From: a virus
Virus record (IMG/VR): IMGVR_UViG_3300017917_002349
Span: 32,001-96,000 of that record
Length of the DNA: 64,000 nt
Direction: 5' to 3' (one strand)
The notes beneath the pieces were generated by a model, which did no database searches, had not been told where the DNA came from, and was given only the letters and a program-made list of their open reading frames with translations. Position 1 is the first letter of the stretch; each line of letters opens with the position of its first letter. Below, one piece after another: positions 1 to 9,929 of this stretch. Made by a program: the position numbers and the translations under genes.

Positions 1-2469
1 GGCATAACATGGACCAAAAGCAATCTTCCAGCTATCTACGAGTGGAGCTCGATCGGATATGCTCAGGGATTATTCTATGTGACCAGCCTAGGAGACTATG
101 CAGCTAGTTCCCCAGATGGTGTAACTTGGACTCTAAGAGACGGTTCGACTGCTCAGCTCAATGTCACAGCCACAGCTAAAGATACTATTTCTGCTAGCTA
201 TACAGAAACTGCAACATTGACTTCGGGCACCTGGACAGCAGTCATACATGATGGTACTAAGTTCTTAGCAGTAGGCTACAGCGGCGCAGCAGGTCTATAT
301 GCGACCAGCACCACTGGCACTACATGGACTAATAGTACACTACCTACGGTCAGCGGAGCATTTGAATATACCGCAGTGGCCTATAACGGCAGCAATCAAT
401 ATGTGGCATTGATAGGTGGCAGCGGAGGTACAAGGCACATAGCAACATCTTCCAATGCAACATCTTGGACTGGTACTGTTAATGCATTGACCGCTAACTC
501 ATACTGGAAAGACATCGTCTATGGAGCAGGTCGTTATGTGGCTATCAGAGGCGATTCTGCAGCGGTCAACTATTCTACTAACGGAACATCTTGGACCAAC
601 GCCACAGTCACATCAGGTTCTGGAGAAATGAGTGGTATCGCTTATGGTCAGATCAGCGGCGTTGATTATTTCGTAACAGTGGCAGGTTATTCTACAGGTA
701 GTCAAGTATCATCATATTCTACCAACGGCGGCGTTACATGGACATCCGGCAGCACATTACCTAGCTCAGATTTCTGGGCAGATATAGCATTTGGAGGCGG
801 AAGATTTGTAGCTGTTGCAGGCGGAACAACTAATGCAACAACCAAAGCAGCCTACAGTACCAACGGTACTACATGGACTGCGGCTACGATGCCAGGTGCA
901 GCAGCCAGGTGGAATAGAATCGTGTATGGAGGTGGCGCATTCACAGCCTTTGCTTATAACAGCAATAGAACAGCCTACTCTACTAATGGAGTAACTTGGG
1001 TAGAAGGTCCTGCACAAGCAGCAACAAGGAACTGGGCCGAAGCTGCCTACGGAGGAACAAAACTTGTTTCTCTAGCCACAGGCACTACCACAGCTTCATA
1101 TGCTGATTTTGTATTGAATACTAATTATCTAACAACTTCTAGCACTACAGATCTAAGGGTAAATGACAGAGTACGATTCACAGGTGCTACCATAGGCGGA
1201 ATCGTACCAGATGTATACTATTACATAACCAGTATCTACAGTGCTACCCAATTTACTGTTTCGACTACCAGGGGTGGTTCAAATACAGTATTAAGCACTG
1301 GCAGCGGCACAGCACCGTTCAAGTCCAGCAGAGACTTTGTAGCGGCAGCACTGGGCAATTATCAGGGAACCCCAAATTGGGTGATTCTAGCTGCTAATAG
1401 TGCAAGTGTTCAAAATATTAGAACAGGTGCCAAAACCAGAGCCAGAGCGTATGTTGTGGACGGTGCTATTTCCGAAATCTGGATACACGAACCAGGTTCA
1501 GGATATGTTAGCGCACCTACTATGACCATCACTGATCCTAATAACACAGGAGCAGATGCTACAGTCACAGTGAGATTAGGCAATGGTGCTATAGCCCAAC
1601 CTATGTTTACTAATAGAGGTACTAGTTATACCGCAGCCGCAGCTGAAATTACCGGCAATGGTTATGCTGATAATTATCAAACCAGCGCATTCGTGGCATT
1701 TGCTAATCTAACAGGAATTCCTAAAGCGGGTTCAAACGTACAGATTGCAGGCATCGATGATGTGTGGTACAGACTGGTTAATGTAACAAATCTATTACCT
1801 AATTCGGACGGTACTTATAATTGTACACTACAGATCAGTCCTGCTATCGGTGCAGCAGAAGCCCCTGAACATCAGGCAGCTGTAACTATCCGTAGACGCT
1901 ACTCGCAGGTTCGACTCACAGGACACGATCTATTAGATATCGGTACCGGAGATTTTATCAACAGTAACTATCCAGGATTACCGCTGACAGATCCAATTCC
2001 TGCACAGGAATACAAGCAAAGCAACGGTGGTCGTGTGTTCTATACCTCAACTGACCAAGACGGTAACTTCCGAGTTGGTGGACTGTTCAACGTTGAACAG
2101 AGCACAGGTGTTGCAACATTGAATGCTGACGCATTTAATATCGCAGGTTTGAACGAACTTTCGTTGGGATCTGTGGCGCTGGGCGGTGCGGGTGCTACGA
2201 TTTCTGAGTTCTCAACTGATCCGTTCTTTACTCAGGATTCTGATTCTGTAGTACCTACGCAGAGAGCTATCAAAGCATATATTACTAGCCAAATTGGTGG
2301 CGGTGGTTCTAGCTTGAACGTAAATACCCTCACTGCAGGCGTGGTCTATATAGCTGGTCAAACGATAGCTACAACTACAAATGTCCAGATTAACATAAAT
2401 ACAAAGGTAAACTTCAAAGGCGGTATTGCTGGCGATGCACTTGTATTAAACTACTTTTTACTAAATTGA
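1..2469 (+). CDS. Tail fibre / receptor-binding protein, 5'-truncated by the window edge
   Basis: Frame 1 is open from base 1 (GITWTKSNLP...), so the track start at 79 is internal. Ser/Thr/Gly-rich, with repeated Asp-box-like YSTNGxxWT motifs and a C-terminal GRVFYTSTDQDGNFRVG...VPTQRAIKAYI segment typical of large myophage fibres. Confidence 0.8.
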   Translation, partial: GITWTKSNLPAIYEWSSIGYAQGLFYVTSLGDYAASSPDGVTWTLRDGSTAQLNVTATAKDTISASYTETATLTSGTWTAVIHDGTKFLAVGYSGAAGLYATSTTGTTWTNSTLPTVSGAFEYTAVAYNGSNQYVALIGGSGGTRHIATSSNATSWTGTVNALTANSYWKDIVYGAGRYVAIRGDSAAVNYSTNGTSWTNATVTSGSGEMSGIAYGQISGVDYFVTVAGYSTGSQVSSYSTNGGVTWTSGSTLPSSDFWADIAFGGGRFVAVAGGTTNATTKAAYSTNGTTWTAATMPGAAARWNRIVYGGGAFTAFAYNSNRTAYSTNGVTWVEGPAQAATRNWAEAAYGGTKLVSLATGTTTASYADFVLNTNYLTTSSTTDLRVNDRVRFTGATIGGIVPDVYYYITSIYSATQFTVSTTRGGSNTVLSTGSGTAPFKSSRDFVAAALGNYQGTPNWVILAANSASVQNIRTGAKTRARAYVVDGAISEIWIHEPGSGYVSAPTMTITDPNNTGADATVTVRLGNGAIAQPMFTNRGTSYTAAAAEITGNGYADNYQTSAFVAFANLTGIPKAGSNVQIAGIDDVWYRLVNVTNLLPNSDGTYNCTLQISPAIGAAEAPEHQAAVTIRRRYSQVRLTGHDLLDIGTGDFINSNYPGLPLTDPIPAQEYKQSNGGRVFYTSTDQDGNFRVGGLFNVEQSTGVATLNADAFNIAGLNELSLGSVALGGAGATISEFSTDPFFTQDSDSVVPTQRAIKAYITSQIGGGGSSLNVNTLTAGVVYIAGQTIATTTNVQININTKVNFKGGIAGDALVLNYFLLN

Positions 2470-2483
2470 CGGAGAAATTATAA

Positions 2484-2804
2484 ATGGCAACAGGAATTTT
2501 AGGTCAGGCAGCTTTATCAGCAGCTACTAACACGACCGTCTACACCGTTCCAGCGACGACTTTCACGGTGTTATCAGTCTCTATTACTAATAGAGGCAAC
2601 ACTACTGTTAGCGTGAGAGTAGCCTTAGCAGCCGCAGCATCGCCAACAACAGCAGAATATATCGAGTATGATGCACAAATTGGACCAAACGGTGTTTTAG
2701 AACGCACAGGTCTAATGATGAATGCAGGCAAACTTTTGGTCTGTTATGCCAGTAACGCTAACGTCAGTGTTAGCGCATTTGGTATAGAGACATCTACAGT
2801 ATAA
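2484..2804 (+). CDS. Small virion structural protein (fibre-associated, beta-rich)
   Basis: GGAG RBS upstream; 106 aa rich in Thr/Ala/Val; directly follows the fibre gene. Confidence 0.6.
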   Translation: MATGILGQAALSAATNTTVYTVPATTFTVLSVSITNRGNTTVSVRVALAAAASPTTAEYIEYDAQIGPNGVLERTGLMMNAGKLLVCYASNANVSVSAFGIETSTV

Positions 2805-2821
2805 TAGGGGAGTAGAATAAA

Positions 2822-3148
2822 ATGGGAAGACAGGTAACATCGTTTGGTACCGACGCAGTTGTAAATAGAACCTTGACAACGTCAACCTCAGTGAATTCCA
2901 ATGAAAGAATTTTCGCTGATGCTACAGCAGGTGCATTTACACTTACGCTACCATCAAGTCCATCAGTCGGAGACACCATTCAGGTACTCGACGTAGCAGG
3001 AATCTTTTCTACAAACAACGTAACAGTTGCTAGAAACGGAAACAAGATTCAAAACTTATCAGAAGATTTAATTTTAAATCTAAACAATGCTGCGGTCACG
3101 ATGATCTTTAGTGGTTCAACCTACGGCTGGATCTTTATTGGACCATAA
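2822..3148 (+). CDS. Tail-fibre-associated domain protein
   Basis: ADATAGAFTLTLPSSPSVGDTIQVLD...NNVTVARNGNKI motif of the kind seen in T4-like long-fibre proximal domains; GGGGAG RBS. Confidence 0.65.
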   Translation: MGRQVTSFGTDAVVNRTLTTSTSVNSNERIFADATAGAFTLTLPSSPSVGDTIQVLDVAGIFSTNNVTVARNGNKIQNLSEDLILNLNNAAVTMIFSGSTYGWIFIGP

Positions 3149-3161
3149 TTAGGAATATAAA

Positions 3162-4196
3162 ATGGCGAAACTTTCTGATCTACTTTCCTCAAGAGAGATC
3201 ACTGCCTATCAGGAAAATTTACCTAAAGGAAAAATTTTCACTGCGACTGGCCTCGGCGGCATGTATTCGTGTATTAGAACGGACATGCAATGGTGTTGGA
3301 ATTCGCCAGGTTGTGGTATAGCTGTGATCGAAGTTTGGGGTGCCGCTGGATCCGCATCATGTAATTGTTGTTGCGGTGTAGGCTTGCCTGGTAACACAGG
3401 AGCTTATCTTAAAAAGACTATAGCAGTAACTCCATGTAGTTTTGTTGCAGGACGTCCAGGCGTGCCCTGCAATGGAAATAGTAACTTTTCATTCACAGGA
3501 TGCTCTGAATCTTCATGCTTTGTATGGAGTGACGCCAGAGATCTTTGTGGAAATACCAACGGATGTCTGTGCGCACAAGGTGGCGCAGCAGGTAAGAGCT
3601 GCTGTTTTGACGGCGGATCACCTTTCTGTGCATTCTATTGCACAGGTTATTGTGGAACACTGATTGTTAATGGTGCTAACGTCTGTTGTGGAATTATCTG
3701 TAATAGATGTCCCGGATTAATGGTAGCCTGTGCATGGGGCGGCGACAATAACTGCTGCGGCATAGATGGAAAAATGGAATTCCGTGGATGCCAACACATG
3801 TGTACCTGCCAATTTATAGAATATGTGCCTTATTCCCCAGCCATATTCGCTGAAGAAGGCGGTTATCTAGTGTTTCCTGTAGAGAATGATCACGGAGACT
3901 CAAACTGGGCCGGTGCAGGTATGGGTGCAGCAGGTCACGTATTGAATTCAAGTTCTAAGTCACCGTCGGGAGGCAAGCCATGGAGTGCTTGCTGGAGAGG
4001 TGATAGATTCTGTACCTGTTATGAACATCATGCATGTATGAATTACATGCCCTACGGTGTGGCAGCCAGTGCAGCTACAGTATGTCCTGGTGTGAGAGAT
4101 GTAGGACGCAGAGGCGGTGCAGGTGCGATACGAATTACATATAGAGGAACTAATCCCAACGGCGAAGTACCAAAAAAACTAGGAGGTTCTCTATAA
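3162..4196 (+). CDS. Cys- and Gly-rich putative fibre-tip/adhesin protein, paralogue 1
   Basis: 34 Cys in 344 aa (hand count); IEVWGAAGS and RGGAGAIRITY glycine-rich motifs; AGGA RBS. Confidence 0.65.
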   Translation: MAKLSDLLSSREITAYQENLPKGKIFTATGLGGMYSCIRTDMQWCWNSPGCGIAVIEVWGAAGSASCNCCCGVGLPGNTGAYLKKTIAVTPCSFVAGRPGVPCNGNSNFSFTGCSESSCFVWSDARDLCGNTNGCLCAQGGAAGKSCCFDGGSPFCAFYCTGYCGTLIVNGANVCCGIICNRCPGLMVACAWGGDNNCCGIDGKMEFRGCQHMCTCQFIEYVPYSPAIFAEEGGYLVFPVENDHGDSNWAGAGMGAAGHVLNSSSKSPSGGKPWSACWRGDRFCTCYEHHACMNYMPYGVAASAATVCPGVRDVGRRGGAGAIRITYRGTNPNGEVPKKLGGSL

Positions 4197-5404
4197 TGGC
4201 ATTATTAACTCAATTATTGGGCAACAGAGAATTAGCCTACGAAGATCAATTAGAAAAAGGTCGTATTTGGGTCTACGGTGACGGCAATGAATACAGCGGT
4301 CTATGCAACGGTTTTTGTTGGAAAGCTCCAGGCTGCGGTAAGGTCATAATCGAAATCTACGGCCCAGGTGGAGGCACTGGCCGAGGCTGCTGCTGCGGAG
4401 GTGCTGTGGCAGGAAATCCAGGGGCCTATTCAAGAAAATGTATCTGTGTATGCCCTACAAACTTTATCTGTGGTAGCATTGGTAGAGGTTGCGGTAATAC
4501 ACCTGATTATGGCAGGGGCGATGACCCAGAATCAGTACAGTTATGCTGGTTTGGCTGCGCTCCAAATGCGTTATTTGAAGGCGGTCTAAATATTCAAGCA
4601 TCTTACAAGTCTTGGAAGGGCAATAACCCCTGGGGTTGGGGCAACGGTGAAACCTACGGTAATATCTCTCAGGTAGATGCCACTAGTAGATTTTTTACTC
4701 CCATGGATAAAACACAGGCCAAGAGAATCTGCTGTGCTGCAGGAGCCAGTGCAGGTTGCATGTGCGCCCAAGGTGGTACTGGTGGGGTATATTACTGTTC
4801 AAATGACGCTATGTCGTCTTATAACTGTTTTATAAGAAATCGTTTCTGCGGACAGTTGATCGGAACCATTGAAATGTGCGGTAGCTTGTCGTCAGCAAAC
4901 TGCGGTATTATCTGTAACGTAGGTGCAGAATGTGTGCAGTGGAACATGAGAGGTATCAAGTGTGCATTTGGCGGTGACCTAAACTGCTGCGGAACGTTTT
5001 CATGCACTAGATTCCTAGACTGTGTAAGAAATAACCAAAGCTGCCGTTATCAATATCAACAGCAGACACCAGCGATGATGTATGCCACAGAGGGTGGAGT
5101 ATACACTTATACCAGTGATCATGATAGTCCTAGTGCTAGAACATCAGGCACCAATGCTCTGGGACAGATGTCAGGCATACAAACACTGATGAGAGATCCT
5201 TCTTATATCCAACCAGTATGGTGCTGGAGTGGCGGTGTGGGCTGCGGTTGTTATGAAGCATTTGGCTGCGTGGCCTGGGCACCCGTGGGCATGGGTGGAT
5301 ATCCTTCACAGACCTGCGGCGACGTTCGAGATCATGGTGGTCGAGGTGGTAACGGTGCTGTAAGAATCAGATATACGCCAACAGATGGAGGCAACACGTA
5401 CTAA
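4196..5404 (+). CDS. Cys- and Gly-rich putative fibre-tip/adhesin protein, paralogue 2
   Basis: 35 Cys in 402 aa; same motif order as paralogue 1 plus an internal insertion; TAATG stop/start coupling. Confidence 0.65.
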   Translation: MALLTQLLGNRELAYEDQLEKGRIWVYGDGNEYSGLCNGFCWKAPGCGKVIIEIYGPGGGTGRGCCCGGAVAGNPGAYSRKCICVCPTNFICGSIGRGCGNTPDYGRGDDPESVQLCWFGCAPNALFEGGLNIQASYKSWKGNNPWGWGNGETYGNISQVDATSRFFTPMDKTQAKRICCAAGASAGCMCAQGGTGGVYYCSNDAMSSYNCFIRNRFCGQLIGTIEMCGSLSSANCGIICNVGAECVQWNMRGIKCAFGGDLNCCGTFSCTRFLDCVRNNQSCRYQYQQQTPAMMYATEGGVYTYTSDHDSPSARTSGTNALGQMSGIQTLMRDPSYIQPVWCWSGGVGCGCYEAFGCVAWAPVGMGGYPSQTCGDVRDHGGRGGNGAVRIRYTPTDGGNTY

Positions 5405-5405
5405 T

Positions 5406-6407
5406 ATGGCTACCTTAAAATCATTAGTTGAAAATAAAATAAATCAGATTGATACCGACGAAATCAATCTAGAAAAAGGACAGGTATGGACATATGTGCC
5501 TTCCGGTTCCGCAGGTACTCAATTTTGGCCAAGCGGTATTTTTTGCTGGGTAGCACCGGGTACAGGTCGTGTAATAATTGACATCTGGGGTGCAGGCGGA
5601 AGTTCTGCTTCTATGAGATGTTGCGGTGCAGGTCTTCCTGGAAACCCAGGAGCATTTGCAAGGAAATGCATATGTGTTGTCGCAGGCTGTCAGATCTGTG
5701 GTCAGGTAGGTATCAGCTGCGGAAACCCAGAAACTTTCTGTTTCAAAGGCTGTTCAGAGCCTACACAAGTATGTTGGACAGGTAGAAATGCTATCACAGG
5801 CTCTGCCACCAACGGTTGTATGTGTGCCCAAGGCGGAAGAGGCGGCACAGCCTATTGTGCTCCAGGATCTGCAGCCATATTGTGCTGCTTCCAAAGCGGT
5901 GGTTTCTGTTTTACAAACTATTCTAACGGTACCTGTGGTATCGTATGTAACTATGGTTCGGGTACAGGATCATGCTGCGCAGAAGCCTATGGCGGAGACA
6001 TAAACAAACGTGGCGGATTCAGTTGTGCAACATTCTGGACCTGCTATTCAAATTGTCCATGCTCTACCCAAGGACACGTGGCTATTCCTCCAGGTCTATA
6101 TGCCTGCGATGGTGCTGTAGTAACACACGGATTTGAAGCTGATCAAGACTTTAGCCAATGGAACGGCTCTGGATATCATCAATTCATATTCATGCTCAAT
6201 GCCATGAGAAGAAGCCCATCAAGAGGTATTCCTATGGTTGCATGTTGGAGTTCGAACAAATCATGCGGCTGCTATCAGATGCAGGCCTGTATTCCATTTA
6301 TGCCCACAGGTACTGGCGGTGTAATGGGTACTCCATGCGGAGATCACTGCAACTTTGGATGGCGCGGCGGCTACGGAGCGGTTAGAATTAATTATATCTC
6401 GAGGTAA
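5406..6407 (+). CDS. Cys- and Gly-rich putative fibre-tip/adhesin protein, paralogue 3
   Basis: Start moved to ATG 5406 (MATLKSL, matching MAKLSDL and MALLTQL); 32 Cys in 333 aa; IDIWGAGGS, GCMCAQGG and RGGYGAVRINY motifs. Confidence 0.65.
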   Translation: MATLKSLVENKINQIDTDEINLEKGQVWTYVPSGSAGTQFWPSGIFCWVAPGTGRVIIDIWGAGGSSASMRCCGAGLPGNPGAFARKCICVVAGCQICGQVGISCGNPETFCFKGCSEPTQVCWTGRNAITGSATNGCMCAQGGRGGTAYCAPGSAAILCCFQSGGFCFTNYSNGTCGIVCNYGSGTGSCCAEAYGGDINKRGGFSCATFWTCYSNCPCSTQGHVAIPPGLYACDGAVVTHGFEADQDFSQWNGSGYHQFIFMLNAMRRSPSRGIPMVACWSSNKSCGCYQMQACIPFMPTGTGGVMGTPCGDHCNFGWRGGYGAVRINYISR

Positions 6408-6409
6408 AA

Positions 6410-7054
6410 ATGATTACAAAAAAATTTACACATCAACTTCCGGACCAACCATTTAAGCAGACAGCAGCGAAAAACCTCACTGTTGAGTGCGAATATAGCG
6501 GCCCAGAATTTTTATTGGTAAGAATCAAAGAAGAAAACAAGACCGTGGTCTGTGTTGAAAGATACGGCGATGATCAAGCAGCTCTAGAAGCCAGCATTGT
6601 AGACGACGGTAACATCTGGGATTTTGTGGTATTAGATGCCAAAGAACATACATGGGAAGCGGCTTATCTAACAGGAGCATACTCACATGGCGAAGTACCT
6701 GATTACAAAGAAACGTTGCCAACAGGGGAACAATATGAATTTGTCTATCCCGATGGTAACGGTGTGATTGGTACGTGTCATCCTGTTGAAGGGCTCAAGT
6801 ATGATAAAAATCTAAAGGTATATACTCGTCCTAATTTTGTTTCTCACCCTATTAATTCTATTTCTTTTTGGGAAGGTGTTGAACTACAGAAGGCGGAATT
6901 TGTCAAGTTGTTATCGTCAGACCTATCCAAGTATAACAATGAAACAATCGCAGATATACAAAACTATCATGATTTTGTCAGCACTGTAAAAACCAAATAC
7001 CACGGTGTGGACCATTGGAAAATTAGTTGGCCAAAATATCCAAATCTAGCCTAA
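6410..7054 (+). CDS. Putative tail-fibre assembly chaperone
   Basis: Acidic soluble protein directly after the fibre-tip genes, ending in ISWPKYP like the WPxxP termini of fibre assembly chaperones. Confidence 0.45.
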   Translation: MITKKFTHQLPDQPFKQTAAKNLTVECEYSGPEFLLVRIKEENKTVVCVERYGDDQAALEASIVDDGNIWDFVVLDAKEHTWEAAYLTGAYSHGEVPDYKETLPTGEQYEFVYPDGNGVIGTCHPVEGLKYDKNLKVYTRPNFVSHPINSISFWEGVELQKAEFVKLLSSDLSKYNNETIADIQNYHDFVSTVKTKYHGVDHWKISWPKYPNLA

Positions 7055-7073
7055 TTTAAACTCAGAAAAAGCC

Positions 7074-7102
7074 TTGCGCTGATGTATCTAAGGATATATA
7101 AT
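7074..7102 (+). promoter_or_regulatory. Sigma70-like promoter inside an inverted repeat
   Basis: TTGCGC (7074)-17 nt-TATAAT (7097); flanked by AGAAAAAGCCTTG and CAAGGCTTTTCT (7064-7118). Confidence 0.55.
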
Positions 7103-7130
7103 CAGACAAGGCTTTTCTATTGGAGTTTAA

Positions 7131-8066
7131 ATGACAAGATCAAAAGCGTTTTTTATAAACGGCGGTGCAGGCAGAATGATCACTTCTATTCCTGCTTTTG
7201 AAAGATACGAAAAAGAATCTGAGGACAAAGATTTTATCATCGTCTGTGAGGGCGGCACAGATGTATTCAAAGGACATCCTACATTAGATGCTAGGACCTA
7301 CGATATCTGGCACAAGGGCCTATTCCAAGACAAGCTCAAGGATAGAGATATTATCACTACAGAGCCTTACAGGATCTGGGAATATTATAACCAAAAATGT
7401 TCTATTGGCCAGGCCTTTGACATTCAAATCAATGAAAAAGGCGTAAGAGATCTAGATAAGCCCATACTTCACCTTAGCAAAGACGAACTGTTGAACGGTC
7501 GTTATGTTGTGGGTGAGGTCAAGAAAAAACTAAAAAAAGACAAGCTCATAGTATTTCAACCTTTTGGCAGAGGTATCGAATACATAGACGAAACTCTAGT
7601 CGATAAAACAGGTCGAAGTTTCGAACTTAAAGATGTGAAACAGATCATTAAAAAATTACAGCAGAACGATTTCGCTGTGATAATGATGAGCGAATTCAAA
7701 GTCGATCTGAGCGATGCCAAATTAAAAGACGAAGTAGCCACCCCAGAAAATACCAACATTAGGATTTGGGCTGCAATTATCAAATATGCCGATCACTTTC
7801 TAGGCTGCGATTCTGTAGGACAGCATCTGGCATATTCCGTAGGCACTAAATCCACGGTGGTCACTGGCGCCACATATCCTATCAACGTCACTTATCCTAA
7901 CAGCGAAGGTGTAGAAGTCCTTGACATGGGAGAAATACATAGAGAATACAGCCCTATCAGAATCACTGTAGATGAAAGAGTAGATAGAACCAATGAAAAA
8001 TTAATGGCTATGAATGATGATATCACAACACTAATAGTCAATCATGTACTAGGAAAAAAAGAATGA
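7131..8066 (+). CDS. Glycosyltransferase, GT9 (heptosyltransferase)-like GT-B fold
   Basis: N-terminal INGGAGRMITSIP and C-terminal FLGCDSVGQHLAYSVGTKSTVVTGAT resemble the GT9 GD..P and DSGxxHLA..G.P motifs. Confidence 0.65.
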   Translation: MTRSKAFFINGGAGRMITSIPAFERYEKESEDKDFIIVCEGGTDVFKGHPTLDARTYDIWHKGLFQDKLKDRDIITTEPYRIWEYYNQKCSIGQAFDIQINEKGVRDLDKPILHLSKDELLNGRYVVGEVKKKLKKDKLIVFQPFGRGIEYIDETLVDKTGRSFELKDVKQIIKKLQQNDFAVIMMSEFKVDLSDAKLKDEVATPENTNIRIWAAIIKYADHFLGCDSVGQHLAYSVGTKSTVVTGATYPINVTYPNSEGVEVLDMGEIHREYSPIRITVDERVDRTNEKLMAMNDDITTLIVNHVLGKKE

Positions 8067-9898
8067 CAGTTACTTCAATCACAAAAGAGACAGTAAAGAA
8101 ACCAATTTGGATAGCAGGCATCGCTCGGGGACATAATGCTGGAATTTGTCTGCTCAAAGATGGCGAAATAGTTTTTAGCATCGAAGAAGAGAGATTAACC
8201 AGACAAAAATATGATGGAGGTCCTTTGGCTTCTATGGTTAAGATTCTAGAATACACTGATAAACTAGATTATTTGATCATTGCTCATACACAACCTTTAT
8301 ATGAAACCGCCGGTAAGATAGATTATACCGGCGATGATATGTACACAGGCATGGCCAGAAAATTAGGACTAATTGACAGAAAAGTCAAGAATCTACACAA
8401 GCATCCTCAGGTAATTGATATGAGCTACATGCATCATAAACTACATACGGCCTGTGCATTTTATCGCAGTGGATTTAAAGAAGCAGTTTCGTTGATCGTA
8501 GATGGTGCAGGAACTTTCTTTCCTATGAGTTATAATGACAGCCAAGTTTGGTTCTGGGAAACAGAATCTATTGTAGACTGCCAATATCCTGCAGAATTTA
8601 AAACACTTTACAAGCATTATGGTACTAAAGATCCGATACCTTGTGCTTTTATTCCTCGATTTAGTTCTGATTCTCTAGGAGAGACTGGAGATACACACGA
8701 AGCTTGGTTAACTGATCGATCAGGAATCGTTAAAGTCTACGAAGGTGTGACCGAATATTGCGGATTTAGTGCCATCGAAGCAGGCAAGACCATGGGTCTA
8801 TTCCCCTATGGTAAAGCTAATCCTAATATTCCACCTTTGTTTGACCCAACTGGAAAAACACCCTTATCTAATAGGAATTTTATTATTCCTAAATATCCTA
8901 TGAGCAGCATTGTCAACATGAATCTTTTCGAGGCTGTAGAACAAGATCCAGAAAATGTAGACGAAGATCTAACTCTCATGGACAATAGACGAGACATGGC
9001 CTATGCTGTTCAGACGCAGACACAAGAACAAGTAGTTCGTTTGATCAAGTATGCTGTAGAAAAAAGTGGTAGGAAACAGGTCACTATCAGCGGAGGCTAC
9101 GGTCTCAACTGCGTGGCCAACTATTATTATCTAGAACAACTTAAAGATTCCGGAATTGAAATTTATGTAGAGCCTATCTCAAACGATGCCGGTACTGCGA
9201 TGGGTGCAGCATTAATGTTCTGGCACGGTATGTACAACGACGAAACTATTCGTCCATACGGTACGTTGTATCTAGGACCCGAATATCATTATACAGACAA
9301 AGATATTTCAGAAAAGGTCGCTGGTGTACAAGGAGCCACAGTTGTAGACGCTACACATAAAGATGTGGTCAAGCTTCTACGTGAAAAAAATATCGTTACT
9401 ATCTTCCAAGGACGTTCAGAAAACGGCCCTCGAGCACTAGGCAATCGTTCAGTATTATTTGATCCAACATTTCCGGACGGTAAAGATTTTGTCAACACTG
9501 TTAAACGTCGCGAGTATTTCCGTCCTTTTGCAGGCAGCATTTTACAAGATGATGTACATGATTGGTTTGATCTGAGAGGTATGAAAGATAGTCCTTTTAT
9601 GATGTATGCAGTAAATTGTCAACCAGGCATCGAAGAAAAGATTCCCAGCATCATTCACGAAGATCATACCTGTAGGATACAGACTGTGACCAGAGATCAA
9701 AATCCTCACTATTATGATTTGATCAAGACCTTCAAAGAGGAAACAGGAATTCCTATTTTGTTCAATACCAGCTTTAATCTAGGCGGAGAACCCCTAGTAG
9801 AAACCCTAGATGATGCAATTTGGACTCTACAGAATTCAGATATTATGTATCTGTATTTGCCAGAATACGGTAAACTGATTTACGTGCCCAACGAATAA
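8063..9898 (+). CDS. O-carbamoyltransferase, NodU/CmcH/TobZ family, full length
   Basis: EEERLTRQK, HHKLH, VDGAG, GKTMGL, SGGYGLNCVAN, DAGTAMGAA, GPRALGNRS, KRREYFRPFA and NTSFNLGGEPLV motifs. Confidence 0.92.
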   Translation: MTVTSITKETVKKPIWIAGIARGHNAGICLLKDGEIVFSIEEERLTRQKYDGGPLASMVKILEYTDKLDYLIIAHTQPLYETAGKIDYTGDDMYTGMARKLGLIDRKVKNLHKHPQVIDMSYMHHKLHTACAFYRSGFKEAVSLIVDGAGTFFPMSYNDSQVWFWETESIVDCQYPAEFKTLYKHYGTKDPIPCAFIPRFSSDSLGETGDTHEAWLTDRSGIVKVYEGVTEYCGFSAIEAGKTMGLFPYGKANPNIPPLFDPTGKTPLSNRNFIIPKYPMSSIVNMNLFEAVEQDPENVDEDLTLMDNRRDMAYAVQTQTQEQVVRLIKYAVEKSGRKQVTISGGYGLNCVANYYYLEQLKDSGIEIYVEPISNDAGTAMGAALMFWHGMYNDETIRPYGTLYLGPEYHYTDKDISEKVAGVQGATVVDATHKDVVKLLREKNIVTIFQGRSENGPRALGNRSVLFDPTFPDGKDFVNTVKRREYFRPFAGSILQDDVHDWFDLRGMKDSPFMMYAVNCQPGIEEKIPSIIHEDHTCRIQTVTRDQNPHYYDLIKTFKEETGIPILFNTSFNLGGEPLVETLDDAIWTLQNSDIMYLYLPEYGKLIYVPNE

Positions 9899-9920
9899 AA
9901 AAGCCCGCAAGGGCTTTTTT
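9897..9920 (+). terminator. Intrinsic terminator, probably bidirectional
   Basis: AAAAAA-GCCC-GCAA-GGGC-TTTTTT. Confidence 0.8.
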
Positions 9921-9929
9921 ATTTCCTGC

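Noticed and set aside
3162-6407. Diversity-generating retroelement targeting the adhesin triplet
   Set aside because: No reverse transcriptase and no near-identical template/variable repeat pair differing only at adenines was seen; the paralogues differ throughout.
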